Shown here in pieces: positions 17,646 through 27,975 of a stretch of DNA of 64,000 nt. A program made the position numbers and the translations under genes. Source of the DNA: an uncultured Gammaproteobacteria bacterium (GTDB lineage: Bacteria; Pseudomonadota; Gammaproteobacteria; JAURND01); NCBI GenBank assembly GCA_963714975.1, contig CAVQQD010000003.1:320001-384000 (forward strand). Direction: 5' to 3'. Every line of letters starts with the position of its first letter. Within the stretch, counting starts at the first letter, position 1. A model generated the notes under the pieces. That model did not search any database. It was not told where the DNA came from and was given only the letters and a program-made list of their open reading frames with translations.

Positions 17646-18284
17646 ATGCGTATTTTCTTGGCTTTTTTGGCAGCTGCGGGAGTAGCTTTAGCTGCAGGTT
17701 GCCAAAAACATGAACAAACCACATCGGCTGAAACTAGCGTTGCTACCCCAGCAGAACCTACAACTACCGGTGATGAAACAGCAACGCCTGCTACCGAACA
17801 ACCGGCTCCCCCTTCGGTTCCTCCGGCTGCCCCTTCGGTTCCTGATACCTCTGGAACTAACAATGCTCCAATAACCGATCAGCAAGTAACTCCGCCGGCG
17901 CCAGTCACGGATCAACAATCGGTTGCACCATCAGTTCCCAATTCTTCAGATCAATCATTAAATACGTTAGATCAGTCTAACACTTCCAATGCGCCTGCTT
18001 TAATTGAGCCAACGCAGCAGCAGTATCCATCAGCTTCTGGTGCTCCTACACCTAACACGCCGTCTACTTCGCCGGGTATGCCTGGTGACACTTCTGCTCC
18101 TGGTGCCGCCCCAACCACACAGCAACCAGCTGCGCCTGCTACTGACATGAACCAGCCATCTACAGTTCCTGGAACAGACAATAACGGCGCTTCGCAACCG
18201 GTACCTGCTTATCCAGCACCTTCGGACAATACAAACCCGAGTTCTGCTGTGCCTGGAACATCAGATCAAACCAATACTGACTAA
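17646..18284 (+). CDS. Pro/Thr/Ser-rich lipoprotein
   Basis: Lipobox LAAGC followed by low-complexity sequence. Confidence 0.75.
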   Translation: MRIFLAFLAAAGVALAAGCQKHEQTTSAETSVATPAEPTTTGDETATPATEQPAPPSVPPAAPSVPDTSGTNNAPITDQQVTPPAPVTDQQSVAPSVPNSSDQSLNTLDQSNTSNAPALIEPTQQQYPSASGAPTPNTPSTSPGMPGDTSAPGAAPTTQQPAAPATDMNQPSTVPGTDNNGASQPVPAYPAPSDNTNPSSAVPGTSDQTNTD

Positions 18285-18306
18285 ACAGGGGGGTTGGTAG
18301 AATTAT

Positions 18307-18350
18307 AAAGCCGCTATTTGCTGTATAAGTAATAGCGGCTTTGTTTTTTT
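18307..18350 (+). terminator. Rho-independent terminator
   Basis: AAAGCCGCTATT...AATAGCGGCTTT followed by a T-run. Confidence 0.7.
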
Positions 18351-18360
18351 GAGAAAAACT

Positions 18361-18900
18361 ATGTCTATGTACAAGTGCTTAATTATTTTAATCTGTTCCA
18401 TTTTATTAGTAGCTTGCGCTTCAGTTACACCAGAAGGACTGGGGATTTCTCAGGATCAGTGGAATCAATATAGTCAAGCCCAAAAAGAACAAATTGTTCA
18501 GGGCTATCATGAAGTGCAAAAATTACCAAAACAAAAATACCGAACTAGCCGTAATTCTGTGTTATCGGTAACCATCAGTGGTGGCCAGGCGTTACTGCCA
18601 CCTTTTACCCATTTGCAATCTTATCAGCCAATTGCTTTTGAGATTAAAGAAGGGGATTGCCAGATTAAGCTTCCTGTGAAGCCGTCATCTCAATCTGGGC
18701 AAAAAGGAACTACTTTAAAGGCTTGCTATAAAGGGGGTACCTTATTTCTCGATCCCAGTGTCTATTTGCCCAGTCAAGCAAATGGTTCCATACAATTTGC
18801 TGCTATGCCAGTCTGGAATCGTGGTTTTAATTACCCTGGGGTCAGCAGCTCAGGCATAGTCAAATTGACGCATGTGAATGTTTATATCAAAGAGCATTAA
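18361..18900 (+). CDS. Hypothetical lipoprotein
   Basis: Lipobox LVAC. Confidence 0.7.
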   Translation: MSMYKCLIILICSILLVACASVTPEGLGISQDQWNQYSQAQKEQIVQGYHEVQKLPKQKYRTSRNSVLSVTISGGQALLPPFTHLQSYQPIAFEIKEGDCQIKLPVKPSSQSGQKGTTLKACYKGGTLFLDPSVYLPSQANGSIQFAAMPVWNRGFNYPGVSSSGIVKLTHVNVYIKEH

Positions 18901-19758
18901 GTGTCGCGTATTTTAGCCATTGAAACTAGTTTGCAGGCCTGCGCTGTCGCCATCCAGATAGGATCACAACAGCATTATCATGCTAAAGTTGCTGGGCAAC
19001 AGCAGTCTCATCATGTCTTGGAGTTAATTGCGCAGGTACTGGCAATGGCTAAGGTTAATTTAAATCAATTAGATGCCCTGGCGTTTGCAGCAGGCCCAGG
19101 GAGTTTTACCGGTATTCGTTTAGCGGCAAGTGTTGCGCAAGGGATTGCCTTTGCTGGGAATTTACCTGTAATCCCGGTGTCTACCTTGCGCACCCTTGCT
19201 CAAGTGGCGCATACCCAATTAGCTGCAAATTTAGTGATGGTAGCGACGGACGCCCATCGGGGCGATATTTACTGGGGAGTTTATCAATTATCTGCGGACG
19301 GAATAATGCATTCGATGCAGAGCGATGCTCGTTGTAAGCCGATTGAGGCTTTTGCCCGTGGGGTGCAGCACAATACTTTGGGAGTTGATCAGCAATTTCC
19401 GCTCTTCTGTAGTGTAGATCCGACGGGTGACGCGCAGGCGGGGACCCCAGCGCGCGCAGGAACGAGCACGGTGGGGTGCCGCAGCGGCAGGACCCGTCGA
19501 GAATCAGGGCTTCAGCGGGAATTGCTGGGAATTGGTGAGGGCTGGAGGCTTTATCAACCAGAATTACAGGCTAGATTTCCACAGATTACGATAGCTTCTG
19601 GGCCTATTGAGGCCCATGCGCAAGAAGTGGCTAAAATAGGCACCGCTGATTTTTTACGCGGTAATTATGTCCGACCTGAAGCAGCCTCGCCGAATTATTT
19701 ATTGGATGCGAGTAGTTGGTCTCCTAAATCCCCCTCTCCCCCACCAAATCCCCCTTAG
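18901..19758 (+). CDS. tsaB: tRNA t6A biosynthesis protein TsaB with an in-frame palindromic insertion
   Basis: LAIETS, GPGSFTGIR and VSTL motifs; 46-aa insert. Confidence 0.92.
   Translation: MSRILAIETSLQACAVAIQIGSQQHYHAKVAGQQQSHHVLELIAQVLAMAKVNLNQLDALAFAAGPGSFTGIRLAASVAQGIAFAGNLPVIPVSTLRTLAQVAHTQLAANLVMVATDAHRGDIYWGVYQLSADGIMHSMQSDARCKPIEAFARGVQHNTLGVDQQFPLFCSVDPTGDAQAGTPARAGTSTVGCRSGRTRRESGLQRELLGIGEGWRLYQPELQARFPQITIASGPIEAHAQEVAKIGTADFLRGNYVRPEAASPNYLLDASSWSPKSPSPPPNPP
19390..19527. repeat. RPE-like 138-bp palindromic element within tsaB
   Basis: Terminal IR CAGCAATTTCCGCT/AGCGGGAATTGCTG; inner IR CGACGGGT/ACCCGTCG; GC-richer than its flanks. Confidence 0.8.
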
Positions 19759-19878
19759 CCCCCTTCTGACCCCCTCTCCCACCTTCCCTCGCTGGCGCTC
19801 GGGTGGGGGAGAGGGGGTCAGAAGGGGGGGTAGGGGGGATTTGGAAGGCGGGAGAGGGCTGGGGAGAGGGGGATTTAA
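19725..19878. repeat. Nested family A palindrome between tsaB and hemL
   Basis: TAAATCCCCCTCTCCC...GGGAGAGGGGGATTTA enclosing a second long IR. Confidence 0.85.
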
Positions 19879-19892
19879 TCGGAGGAATATGC

Positions 19893-21176
19893 ATGTCCCA
19901 ATCCATTGCTTTATTTGCTGAAGCACAACGTTACATCCCAGGAGGTGTGAATTCTCCGGTGCGTGCCTTTAAAAGCGTCGGGGGTAACCCCTTGTTTATT
20001 TCCCATGCTCATGGTCCTTATATTTATGATGTGGATCAAACGCAATATATCGATTATGTGGGCTCATGGGGCACTGCATTACTTGGCCACGCGCATCCCA
20101 AAGTAGTGGCTGCGGTGCAAGCTGTGGTTGCTGATGGCTTGAGTTTTGGGGCGCCGACTGCGCGGGAGGTTGAGTTAGCAAGCAAAATTTGCCAACTAAT
20201 GCCAGCCATTGAACAACTGCGATTAGTAAGTTCAGGAACTGAGGCAACGATGAGCGCAATTCGTTTAGCACGCGCTGTCACCGGGCGTAGCAAGATCTTG
20301 AAATTTGCAGGTTGCTATCATGGTCATTCCGATTCGTTATTAGTTGAAGCCGGATCAGGAGGGCTCACTTTTGGGGTGCCCAGTTCTCCTGGAGTTCCTC
20401 TATCGTTAGTGCAAGAAACCTGCGTCGCCACTTACAATGATTTAGATTCTGTGGATGCTTGGTTTCAACAAGTTGGGGAAAAGATTGCGGCCGTGATTGT
20501 TGAACCTGTGGCCGGCAATATGAATTGTGTCCTACCTCAGCCAGGGTTTTTGCAGGGCCTGCGCGATATTTGTGATCGTTATCATAGTCTGTTGATTTTT
20601 GATGAAGTCATTACTGGTTTTAGAGTGGGTTTGCATGGCGCACAAGCGCACTACAGGGTAATTCCAGATTTAACTGCTTTGGGCAAAGTGATTGGGGGGG
20701 GAATGCCTCTGGCTGCTTATGGTGGCAAGAAATCGCTGATGGAACAAATGGCTCCGAATGGACCTGTTTATCAGGCAGGAACTTTATCAGGAAATCCCGT
20801 GGCAGTAGCAGCCGGGTTAGCAACGCTAGAAGAAATCACCCGACCTGGGTTTTATTCTGAATTGACAGCGAAGACCCATACTTTAGTGACTGGCTTAACA
20901 GAACGGGCTCGTGCTGCGGGTGTTCCATTGGTCACTAATGCTATAGGCGGCTTATTTGGTTTCTTTTTTAGCCCCGAACCCGAAATTTTCAATTTAGCCC
21001 AAGTGAATGCCTGCGACCTGACTCGATTCCGCCAATTTTTTGGCAAAATGCTGCAAGGAGGTATTTATCTTGCTCCTTCAGCTTTTGAAGCCGGGTTTAT
21101 GTCCATTACCCATCAAGAGGCAGATATTCAAAAAACTTTGGATAGGGCAGAAGAGGTGTTTGATGAGGACGCTTGA
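19893..21176 (+). CDS. hemL: Glutamate-1-semialdehyde 2,1-aminomutase
   Basis: [18 protein letters not shown] and LGKVIGGG motifs; RBS GGAGG before the ATG at 19893. Confidence 0.97.
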   Translation: MSQSIALFAEAQRYIPGGVNSPVRAFKSVGGNPLFISHAHGPYIYDVDQTQYIDYVGSWGTALLGHAHPKVVAAVQAVVADGLSFGAPTAREVELASKICQLMPAIEQLRLVSSGTEATMSAIRLARAVTGRSKILKFAGCYHGHSDSLLVEAGSGGLTFGVPSSPGVPLSLVQETCVATYNDLDSVDAWFQQVGEKIAAVIVEPVAGNMNCVLPQPGFLQGLRDICDRYHSLLIFDEVITGFRVGLHGAQAHYRVIPDLTALGKVIGGGMPLAAYGGKKSLMEQMAPNGPVYQAGTLSGNPVAVAAGLATLEEITRPGFYSELTAKTHTLVTGLTERARAAGVPLVTNAIGGLFGFFFSPEPEIFNLAQVNACDLTRFRQFFGKMLQGGIYLAPSAFEAGFMSITHQEADIQKTLDRAEEVFDEDA

Positions 21177-21180
21177 AATG

Positions 21181-21297
21181 GTCGTCGTCCCGGCATGAAA
21201 TACTCGTCGTCCCGGCATGGATGCCGGGATCCAGGGCGCAGGAAGCGAAACTTTCACGTCCCTGTGAACTGGATCCTTGCATCCTGCAAGGACGACG
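21181..21297. repeat. REP-like palindrome family C (CGTCGTCCCGGCATGGATGCCGGGATCCAG...CTGGATCC...GACGACG)
   Basis: Partial copies near 10600-10637, 60145-60172, 60731-60763 and 63960-64000. Confidence 0.75.
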
Positions 21298-21319
21298 CTA
21301 ACTCCCGCGAGAAGAGATT

Positions 21320-21604
21320 CTAGTGCGTGTGGTGTGTAGTAGTTTTACGGGCTTCAACGATATCTTTGATATCAGTCAGCGTGTCGTTGATGGTGAATAG
21401 CACAATCACATATTCACAGACCATCCTGACAAACAATGGCCCTAAAATAAGTAGGATCAATCCCGGTAACCATTCTTTTTGGGTAAAATTAAAAATTGCC
21501 AACAGAATGGCTGCTGCCACACCAATCCAAAAAATAAATCGCACTAAAGTAGGGATCAGCATCCGCTTAAAGCTGAAAAATTCCTTGATAGATCTTTTAA
21601 CCAT
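21320..21604 (-). CDS. DUF4282-like small membrane protein
   Basis: FFSFKRMLIP, two TM segments, RMVCE..IVLF.I. Confidence 0.75.
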   Translation of the reverse strand: MVKRSIKEFFSFKRMLIPTLVRFIFWIGVAAAILLAIFNFTQKEWLPGLILLILGPLFVRMVCEYVIVLFTINDTLTDIKDIVEARKTTTHHTH

Positions 21605-21708
21605 TATTTCCTCCTAGGTTGAAATAGCTGTTACAAAAAGGCTTGACCTTTACAGACTGAAGGAGTTAGTCTCCTCACAAAAATCGTTCCTATTGTATTC
21701 GATAACTT

Positions 21709-22971
21709 ATGCGTAATCTATATTCATCGCTGTTTTATTTAGCGCTGCCCTTTATTTTTTTTCGCCTATGGTGGAAAGGGCGGCGAACTCCAGGTTACCG
21801 TCAGCGCTGGCGTGAACGCTTGGCTTTAATTCCTGCTTTGCCGGAGCGGCAGGGGTGCGTTTGGGTTCATGCTGTTTCTTTAGGGGAAATGATTGCAGCC
21901 AAGCCGCTGATTTTAGCGTTGCAGAAAGGTTATCCCGATTATAATTTTGTCATTACTAACATGACTGTCACGGGTTCTGGGATGGCTAGCCAATTAAAAG
22001 GGGAGAATATCTTTCATTTTTATGTTCCCTATGATCTTCCTGATGTGGTGGAGCGTTTTTTGGAGCGGGCGCGGCCAAGCATGGCTATTATCATGGAAAC
22101 TGAATTATGGCCAAATTTACTGCATTATACGGCTGCAAAAGGTATTCCTATTTTCCTTGCCAATGCACGCTTGTCTGATCGTTCGTTACAAGGTTATAAA
22201 CGCATCCGAAGTTTGGTTACTCCTATGCTGCAGTCCTTTATTTTAATTTTGGCGCAAACCCAAGAAGAGGCGAGGCGTTTTATTGAATTAGGGGCAGATC
22301 CGCAAAAAGTGCAGGTGACAGGTAGTATTAAATTTGATGTGCCTTTACCAACAGAATTAGTAGCAAAAGGTCGAGCGTTGCGTGTGAGTTGGGGAGAGCG
22401 ACGACCCACGTTGATTGCTGCCAGCACCCATGGCGGTGAAGAAGAAAAAATATTGCGGGCTTTTGCCGAATTGCGAGCAGTGTGGCCTACTGCGTTGTTG
22501 GTTTTAGTACCCCGGCATCCAGAACGCTTTAATGAGGTTGCCTTATTGTGTCAAAAACATAATTTTCAGCTGATTCGTCGCACGCAAAATCTCCCTTGTC
22601 AGCAAGATACCGCGGTTTTTCTTGGCGATACCTTGGGAGAATTATTTGCCTTTTATGCTCTAGCAGATATTGCCTTTGTGGGTGGGAGTTTTGTTGCCGT
22701 GGGGGGACATAATCTCTTGGAGCCTGCTGCTTTAGCTCTGCCAATTATCACCGGCCCGAATTTGTTTAACTTTACGGAGATTTTTAATTTGCTTAATCAA
22801 GTAGGAGCTGTGGTCCAGGTGGAAGACGAGCAGCAATTAGTTGAAGCCTGCGAAGCATTACTGGCAGAGCCAGAACGAGGACAGGAAATGGGAACCCGAG
22901 CACTCAAAGTTGTTGAGCAAAATCGTGGTGCTTTGCAAAAGCATTTAGATTATATTGAAGCAACATCATGA
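21709..22971 (+). CDS. waaA: Kdo transferase
   Basis: WVHAVSLGE, ETELWPN, PRHPERF and GGHNLLEP motifs. Confidence 0.97.
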   Translation: MRNLYSSLFYLALPFIFFRLWWKGRRTPGYRQRWRERLALIPALPERQGCVWVHAVSLGEMIAAKPLILALQKGYPDYNFVITNMTVTGSGMASQLKGENIFHFYVPYDLPDVVERFLERARPSMAIIMETELWPNLLHYTAAKGIPIFLANARLSDRSLQGYKRIRSLVTPMLQSFILILAQTQEEARRFIELGADPQKVQVTGSIKFDVPLPTELVAKGRALRVSWGERRPTLIAASTHGGEEEKILRAFAELRAVWPTALLVLVPRHPERFNEVALLCQKHNFQLIRRTQNLPCQQDTAVFLGDTLGELFAFYALADIAFVGGSFVAVGGHNLLEPAALALPIITGPNLFNFTEIFNLLNQVGAVVQVEDEQQLVEACEALLAEPERGQEMGTRALKVVEQNRGALQKHLDYIEATS

Positions 22972-24281
22972 AGTATCTGGAAGAATACCAACACCGTCGC
23001 CAACAGGTCTTACGAGAAATAGGGGGAGATGCGGTGGCGATTATTCCCGGGGCGAAGGAAAAACAGCGCAATGCAGATAACACCTACCCATTTCGTCAAT
23101 ACAGCGACTTTTACTATTTAACGGGATTCAATGAGCCCGAAGCAATCGCAGTTTTAGCTCCAGGTTGTGAAAAAGGACCCTTTCTTTTATTCAATCAACC
23201 ACGTGATCCAAACAGCGAAATATGGCATGGCGCTCGAGCTGGCCAAGAAGGCGCTTGCGAGATTTATGGAGCTGATGGTTCTTTTCCTATTGAACAACTC
23301 GATGCCGAACTACCCAAATTATTACGCCAGGCTCAACGCGTTTATTACCCCTTTGGGCGTGATATGGCTTTCGATCGGCGTGTGTTCTCCTGGATCAACT
23401 CGGTTCGTTCGACAACTCGCGGCGATACCAACGTACTCAATACAATTGTGAATGTGGAACCCATTATCCATGAGATGCGGCTACACAAGAGTCCACTGGA
23501 ACTGCAGTTGATGCGCAAAGCAGCGGCAGTATCGGCTGAAGCACATTGTGCGGCCATGAAAATTTGTCGGCCTGGTTTGCATGAGTATGATTTAGAGGCT
23601 GAGCTACAATATTGGTTTACTCATTATGGTAGCCGGGCTCCTGCTTACAACCATATTGTAGGGACGGGCGCCAACACCTGTACACTCCATTACAATGCCA
23701 ATAATGCCTTGATCCAAGATGGAGATTTGGTACTAATTGATGCAGGAGCCGAATTTGATTATTATGCCGCAGATATTACCCGGACATTTCCTGCCAATGG
23801 GCGCTTTAGCCCGACGCAGCAAGCCGTTTACGAGGCAGTGCTAACGGCGCAGCTGGCGGTGATTGATTTAATTAAGCCAGGGGTTCCCTGGGGGAAATTG
23901 CAGGAAGAATCGGATCGTGTCATTACTGAGCAATTGTTACATTTAGGACTGTTATCTGGGAATCTTGCTGAATTATTGGAAAAAGGGGCCGCACGTAAGT
24001 TTTATGTGCATAAAATTGGCCACTGGTTAGGCCTTGATGTGCACGATGTGGGCAGTTATCGGAGCGATGGTCAATGGCGCCTGCTGGAACCCGGCATGGT
24101 CGTGACGGTTGAACCAGGGATTTATATCCCTGCAGGTAGCGAGGGGGTAGCAGAAAAGTGGGGGAATATTGGGGTACGGATTGAAGATGACGTTCTAGTG
24201 ACCGATCAGGGCTGTGAAGTGTTATCCGCAGGCGCTCCCAAAACGGTAATGGATATTGAGGCACTAATGGAAGGTATTTAG
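22968..24281 (+). CDS. pepP: Xaa-Pro aminopeptidase
   Basis: DFYYLTGF, DITRT, GHWLGLDVHD, VEPG and RIEDD motifs. Confidence 0.96.
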   Translation: MKYLEEYQHRRQQVLREIGGDAVAIIPGAKEKQRNADNTYPFRQYSDFYYLTGFNEPEAIAVLAPGCEKGPFLLFNQPRDPNSEIWHGARAGQEGACEIYGADGSFPIEQLDAELPKLLRQAQRVYYPFGRDMAFDRRVFSWINSVRSTTRGDTNVLNTIVNVEPIIHEMRLHKSPLELQLMRKAAAVSAEAHCAAMKICRPGLHEYDLEAELQYWFTHYGSRAPAYNHIVGTGANTCTLHYNANNALIQDGDLVLIDAGAEFDYYAADITRTFPANGRFSPTQQAVYEAVLTAQLAVIDLIKPGVPWGKLQEESDRVITEQLLHLGLLSGNLAELLEKGAARKFYVHKIGHWLGLDVHDVGSYRSDGQWRLLEPGMVVTVEPGIYIPAGSEGVAEKWGNIGVRIEDDVLVTDQGCEVLSAGAPKTVMDIEALMEGI

Positions 24282-24282
24282 G

Positions 24283-24996
24283 ATGAAGCTATACAAATTG
24301 ATTCTCACTATTATAAGAAATTATTTCGTCATCTATCCTCACATTTGGATTTTAGTGGCGCTTTCTTCAGCAGCACATTTGATAGTGCCATGGTTTTTCG
24401 TCTTAAACCCAGCTTATGGCTTAGTGGCGTTTATTGGCTTCGTGCTGTTAACTTGGTTTTTCTATACGGCTATTTTAAACACTTCCCAGGTGGCATTGCA
24501 GGGAGGGCACATGAAGCTCAAGGCAGCATTTCGTTTATCGCGCCAGCGCTATCTTTATATCTTGGGTAGTAACTTATTATTTTTTGCCATTGGCGCTTTA
24601 TTAATAGTTTTTGAATATGGCTTGAATCTGTTATTTGACCTAGTCCATCAATTTCCTATTTTTGTTGGGTTGATCGTGATTATTAATGTCTATATTTTTG
24701 TCAGGCTTTATTTTGCTATCCCTTTGATTGTCTTAGATCATGGGATGCGTATATGGGCAGCATTTGTTGAAAGTTTTCAGATGGTGAGACATCATTGGTG
24801 GCAAACTTCTATCGTGTTATTTCTAGTTGCGATGGTGATTCTAGGTTTTGAGGCTTTGGGCATTTTAGTGACTGGCAAAGATCGCATGGTTTTATTTACG
24901 CTCTATCACTTTTTATTGCAGATGCTATTTTATCCGCTGATCATTTCTGCCACTTTGGTGTTGTATCGTGATTTAAAGCCCGACGAAGATATATGA
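24283..24996 (+). CDS. Hypothetical multi-pass membrane protein
   Basis: About six hydrophobic helices; in an operon with pepP and ubiH. Confidence 0.75.
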   Translation: MKLYKLILTIIRNYFVIYPHIWILVALSSAAHLIVPWFFVLNPAYGLVAFIGFVLLTWFFYTAILNTSQVALQGGHMKLKAAFRLSRQRYLYILGSNLLFFAIGALLIVFEYGLNLLFDLVHQFPIFVGLIVIINVYIFVRLYFAIPLIVLDHGMRIWAAFVESFQMVRHHWWQTSIVLFLVAMVILGFEALGILVTGKDRMVLFTLYHFLLQMLFYPLIISATLVLYRDLKPDEDI

Positions 24997-25004
24997 GAGG
25001 GGGC

Positions 25005-26198
25005 ATGAAAAACGACTTCGACATCCTAATCATTGGCGGTGGCTTGGTGGGTGCTTCTTTGGCTTGTGCTTTGGCTAATCGGCCCATAAACATAGGCATC
25101 ATCGAATCTCATCCCCTCGGCACTGCGCGTGGTATTGATTGGTCCTTAGGGCTTTCTTTGCCCAGTGTGCGGATCTTGCAAGCTTTAGAACTTTGGCCTG
25201 CTCTTAAAACTTATGCAACCCCGATTGAGCAAGTACATATTAGCAATGCGGGACAATTTGGGACTGCACGCTTTTCCGCCCAGGACTATCATGTGAATGC
25301 TCTAGGCTATGTCATTCCTGCGCAAACTTTATTGCGTGTTGTGCAAGAGCAAAGTTTAGCTTCTAATGTGCATTGGTATTGTCCAGCAGAATTACAGGCT
25401 CTTGAACCCAGTCCCCAAGGTTATTCTGTTAGAGTGCAGGTTCCCCCCCGTCATCTCGAGGAGCTTGCGACGACGGGAGATATGCAGCTCACGACTCGTT
25501 TGTTGGTAGCGGCAGATGGCAGTGATTCTTGGGTGCGTCGATGTTTAAATATCCCAGTGAAAATTCAGGATTATTCCCAAGTGGCGTTAATTGCCAGAGC
25601 GGATTTGGCCCGTTCCCACCAGCAGATTGCTTATGAACGATTTAATCAAAACGGTTCCATAGCGGCTTTACCTTTGTCAGGCAACCGCAGCGGTATCATT
25701 TGGGTGCTTGATGCAGCCCAAGCGAATCGTGTTGCGGGTTTAAATGCTTTAGATTTTAGTCAGGAATTGCAAGCTGCTTTGGGGGGGCGGTTGGGGCGTT
25801 TACTGCGGGTCGAGCGCCAAGGAACGCTGCCCATTAAAACTGTAGCGGCGGAACAACAGATTCAGAACCACTTAGTATTATTGGGGAATGCCGCGCATAT
25901 GCTGCATCCAGTTGCGGCACAAGGATTTAATTTGGGTTTGGCAGATATGTTTTGTTTAGCTAAAACGCTCATTCAAGCGACGCAGCAAGGTACTGAGATT
26001 GGCGCCCCCGCAGTTTTACAAGCTTATTTGCGTAAACGTCGCCGCAAGCAAAAAATTGCCCAGGGCTTTACTTCAGGGCTCGTGAAGGTATTTTCCCCAC
26101 AAACTTTCCCACTTCCACACCTGCGAGGTCTGGGTTTGTATGGACTAGATAATGCGGCTTGGCTTAAACGAGCCTTAGTCAGGCATATTTTAACCTAG
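25005..26198 (+). CDS. ubiH: FAD-dependent 2-octaprenyl-6-methoxyphenol hydroxylase
   Basis: GGGLVG, AADG and GNAAHMLHPVAAQGFNLG motifs; downstream of pepP. Confidence 0.88.
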   Translation: MKNDFDILIIGGGLVGASLACALANRPINIGIIESHPLGTARGIDWSLGLSLPSVRILQALELWPALKTYATPIEQVHISNAGQFGTARFSAQDYHVNALGYVIPAQTLLRVVQEQSLASNVHWYCPAELQALEPSPQGYSVRVQVPPRHLEELATTGDMQLTTRLLVAADGSDSWVRRCLNIPVKIQDYSQVALIARADLARSHQQIAYERFNQNGSIAALPLSGNRSGIIWVLDAAQANRVAGLNALDFSQELQAALGGRLGRLLRVERQGTLPIKTVAAEQQIQNHLVLLGNAAHMLHPVAAQGFNLGLADMFCLAKTLIQATQQGTEIGAPAVLQAYLRKRRRKQKIAQGFTSGLVKVFSPQTFPLPHLRGLGLYGLDNAAWLKRALVRHILT

Positions 26199-27146
26199 TT
26201 ATTCCGAAAACATCGAACTGACCGATTCTTTATGGATCACGCGATAAATAGTTTTAGCTAACAAGCTACTAATGCTAAGTTGGCGAATTTTCTTGATTTT
26301 TGTTGCTTCCTGGGTCAGGGGGATAGTGTTTGTAACCACAAGTTCATCCAACATCGATTGCTCGATATTAATAAGCGCATTGCCTGAGAGTACCGGGTGA
26401 GTACAATAAGCTGTTACCGTGGCCGCGCCACGTTCTTTTAAGGCCTGCGCCGCTTGGCACAAGGTTCCGCCGGTGTCGACCATATCATCCACTATGATGC
26501 AATTGCGGTTTTCAACTTCACCAATGATATTCATCACTTCGGCTTGATTGGGTCGTGGCCGACGCTTATCAATAATGGCTAGATCACTATCATTCAACAA
26601 TTTGGCAGTCGCCCGCGCCCTTAAAACCCCCCCCACATCTGGGGAAACGACTAAAGGGTTGGTTTTGCCCTGATAAGCAATATCTTCCAGCATAATAGGA
26701 GTCGCATAAACATTATCGACTGGGATATAGAAAAAACCTTGAATCTGATCCGCATGAAGATCGACGGTGATGATGTGATTAATCCCGACGATCGACATCA
26801 TATCAGCTACTACTTTTGCTGTGATCGGAACGCGAGCAGAGCGAGCGCGCCGGTCTTGGCGGCCATAACCAAAGTAGGGTACCACGGCGGTGATGTTAGA
26901 GGCGGAAGACCGTCTTAGGGCATCGGCAATCACCAGTAATTCCATGAGACTATCATTAATGGGCGCGCAGGTGGGCTGGATAATGAAATTTTCATAGCCA
27001 CGAACATTTTCCAGAATCTCTACTAAAGTTTCGCCATCACTAAATTTGCCCACAATGGCTTTGCCTAACGAAGTTTGTAGGTGCTCAGCTACTTGTTTAG
27101 CAAGTTCTGGGTGGGCATTACCCGTGAAAATTTTCATTTTAGGCAA
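26199..27146 (-). CDS. prs: Ribose-phosphate pyrophosphokinase
   Basis: [17 protein letters not shown] and [10 protein letters not shown] motifs. Confidence 0.98.
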   Translation of the reverse strand: MPKMKIFTGNAHPELAKQVAEHLQTSLGKAIVGKFSDGETLVEILENVRGYENFIIQPTCAPINDSLMELLVIADALRRSSASNITAVVPYFGYGRQDRRARSARVPITAKVVADMMSIVGINHIITVDLHADQIQGFFYIPVDNVYATPIMLEDIAYQGKTNPLVVSPDVGGVLRARATAKLLNDSDLAIIDKRRPRPNQAEVMNIIGEVENRNCIIVDDMVDTGGTLCQAAQALKERGAATVTAYCTHPVLSGNALINIEQSMLDELVVTNTIPLTQEATKIKKIRQLSISSLLAKTIYRVIHKESVSSMFSE

Positions 27147-27177
27147 GGGACATCTCTCTTAAAATAGTGTAGGAAAT

Positions 27178-27252
27178 TGGCTGGGATGCTAGGATTCGAA
27201 CCTAGGTATGCGGGGATCAAAACCCCGTGCCTTACCGCTTGGCTACACCCCA
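27178..27252 (-). tRNA. tRNA-Gln, anticodon TTG
   Basis: TGGGGTGTAGCCAAGCGGTAAGGCA...CGGGG-TTTTGAT-CCCCG...GCCA; typical position upstream of prs. Confidence 0.95.
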
Positions 27253-27311
27253 AAATGAAGAAGCGCTTATCTTATCGGATGATTTGCCGATACTCAAGAC
27301 CATTATTCCTC

Positions 27312-27489
27312 TCTTCGTCATTCCGAGGAGCTGGTCTTCGTCATTCCGAGGAGCTGGTCTTCGTCATCCCGAGGAGCTGGTCTTCGTCATCCCGAGGAGC
27401 TTGCGACGAGGGATCTCCATGCCAGTTGCAGGAGAATCCCTCGCCGTTGCTCGGGATGACGAAGAGTGGGCGGGATGACGAAGAGCCGG
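27312..27489. repeat. Family B element with four 23-bp tandem left arms and an extra right arm
   Basis: TCTTCGTCATYCCGAGGAGCT at 27312, 27335, 27358 and 27381. Confidence 0.88.
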
Positions 27490-27517
27490 GGGGGAAATTA
27501 TTTTTCTCACCTTCTTA

Positions 27518-27549
27518 TTAATACTCTTTTAAGTTTACGGTGGTAATAT
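27518..27549 (+). promoter_or_regulatory. PmrA-type box plus -10
   Basis: TTAAT-actctt-TTAAG, with TAATAT at +15. Confidence 0.7.
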
Positions 27550-27579
27550 AGAAACTATCGAAAATTACGGGGGGGTGTT

Positions 27580-27975
27580 ATGCCTGATGAAGATAAAGAT
27601 AAAGATAAAGAAAAATCTAAAGCATGGTCCACAGGTAAAAAAGTTGCTGTTGGTGTTGTTGGACTAATGATAGCGGAACCTGTAATAGCGTTAGGGAGTC
27701 GAATCTACAATGACCTCCAGGGTGACACGCCTGCTGAGGAAGCGGATTTTACTACGCAAAATACCAATCCTGATTCTCAGGCGCTTAGTGATGTTCAAGC
27801 GCCAGTGCAGGCTCAAGCTCCTCCTTCGTGGATGAATTCTGCGAATGATGCCTCCAAGGGTCTAGACCTTTCCGGCGTAGATGCCGCTGGTACTGATCTT
27901 GGCGCCGGCGCCGGTACTGGCTTGGAAGGAGCTGATGTGGGTGCTGATCTCTCTCAAATACCTATTCCTTTCTAA
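27580..27975 (+). CDS. Small acidic hypothetical protein with one hydrophobic segment
   Basis: 131 aa; G-rich RBS; PmrA-type box. Confidence 0.7.
   Translation: MPDEDKDKDKEKSKAWSTGKKVAVGVVGLMIAEPVIALGSRIYNDLQGDTPAEEADFTTQNTNPDSQALSDVQAPVQAQAPPSWMNSANDASKGLDLSGVDAAGTDLGAGAGTGLEGADVGADLSQIPIPF

Noticed and set aside
19803-19892. Gly-rich N-terminal extension of HemL
   Set aside because: It is translation of the family A repeat; a strong RBS precedes the ATG at 19893.
27312-27402. Tandem 23-bp repeats (also 2776-2840 and 50098-50210) as a CRISPR array
   Set aside because: No unique spacers and no cas genes; the units are arms of REP-like elements.
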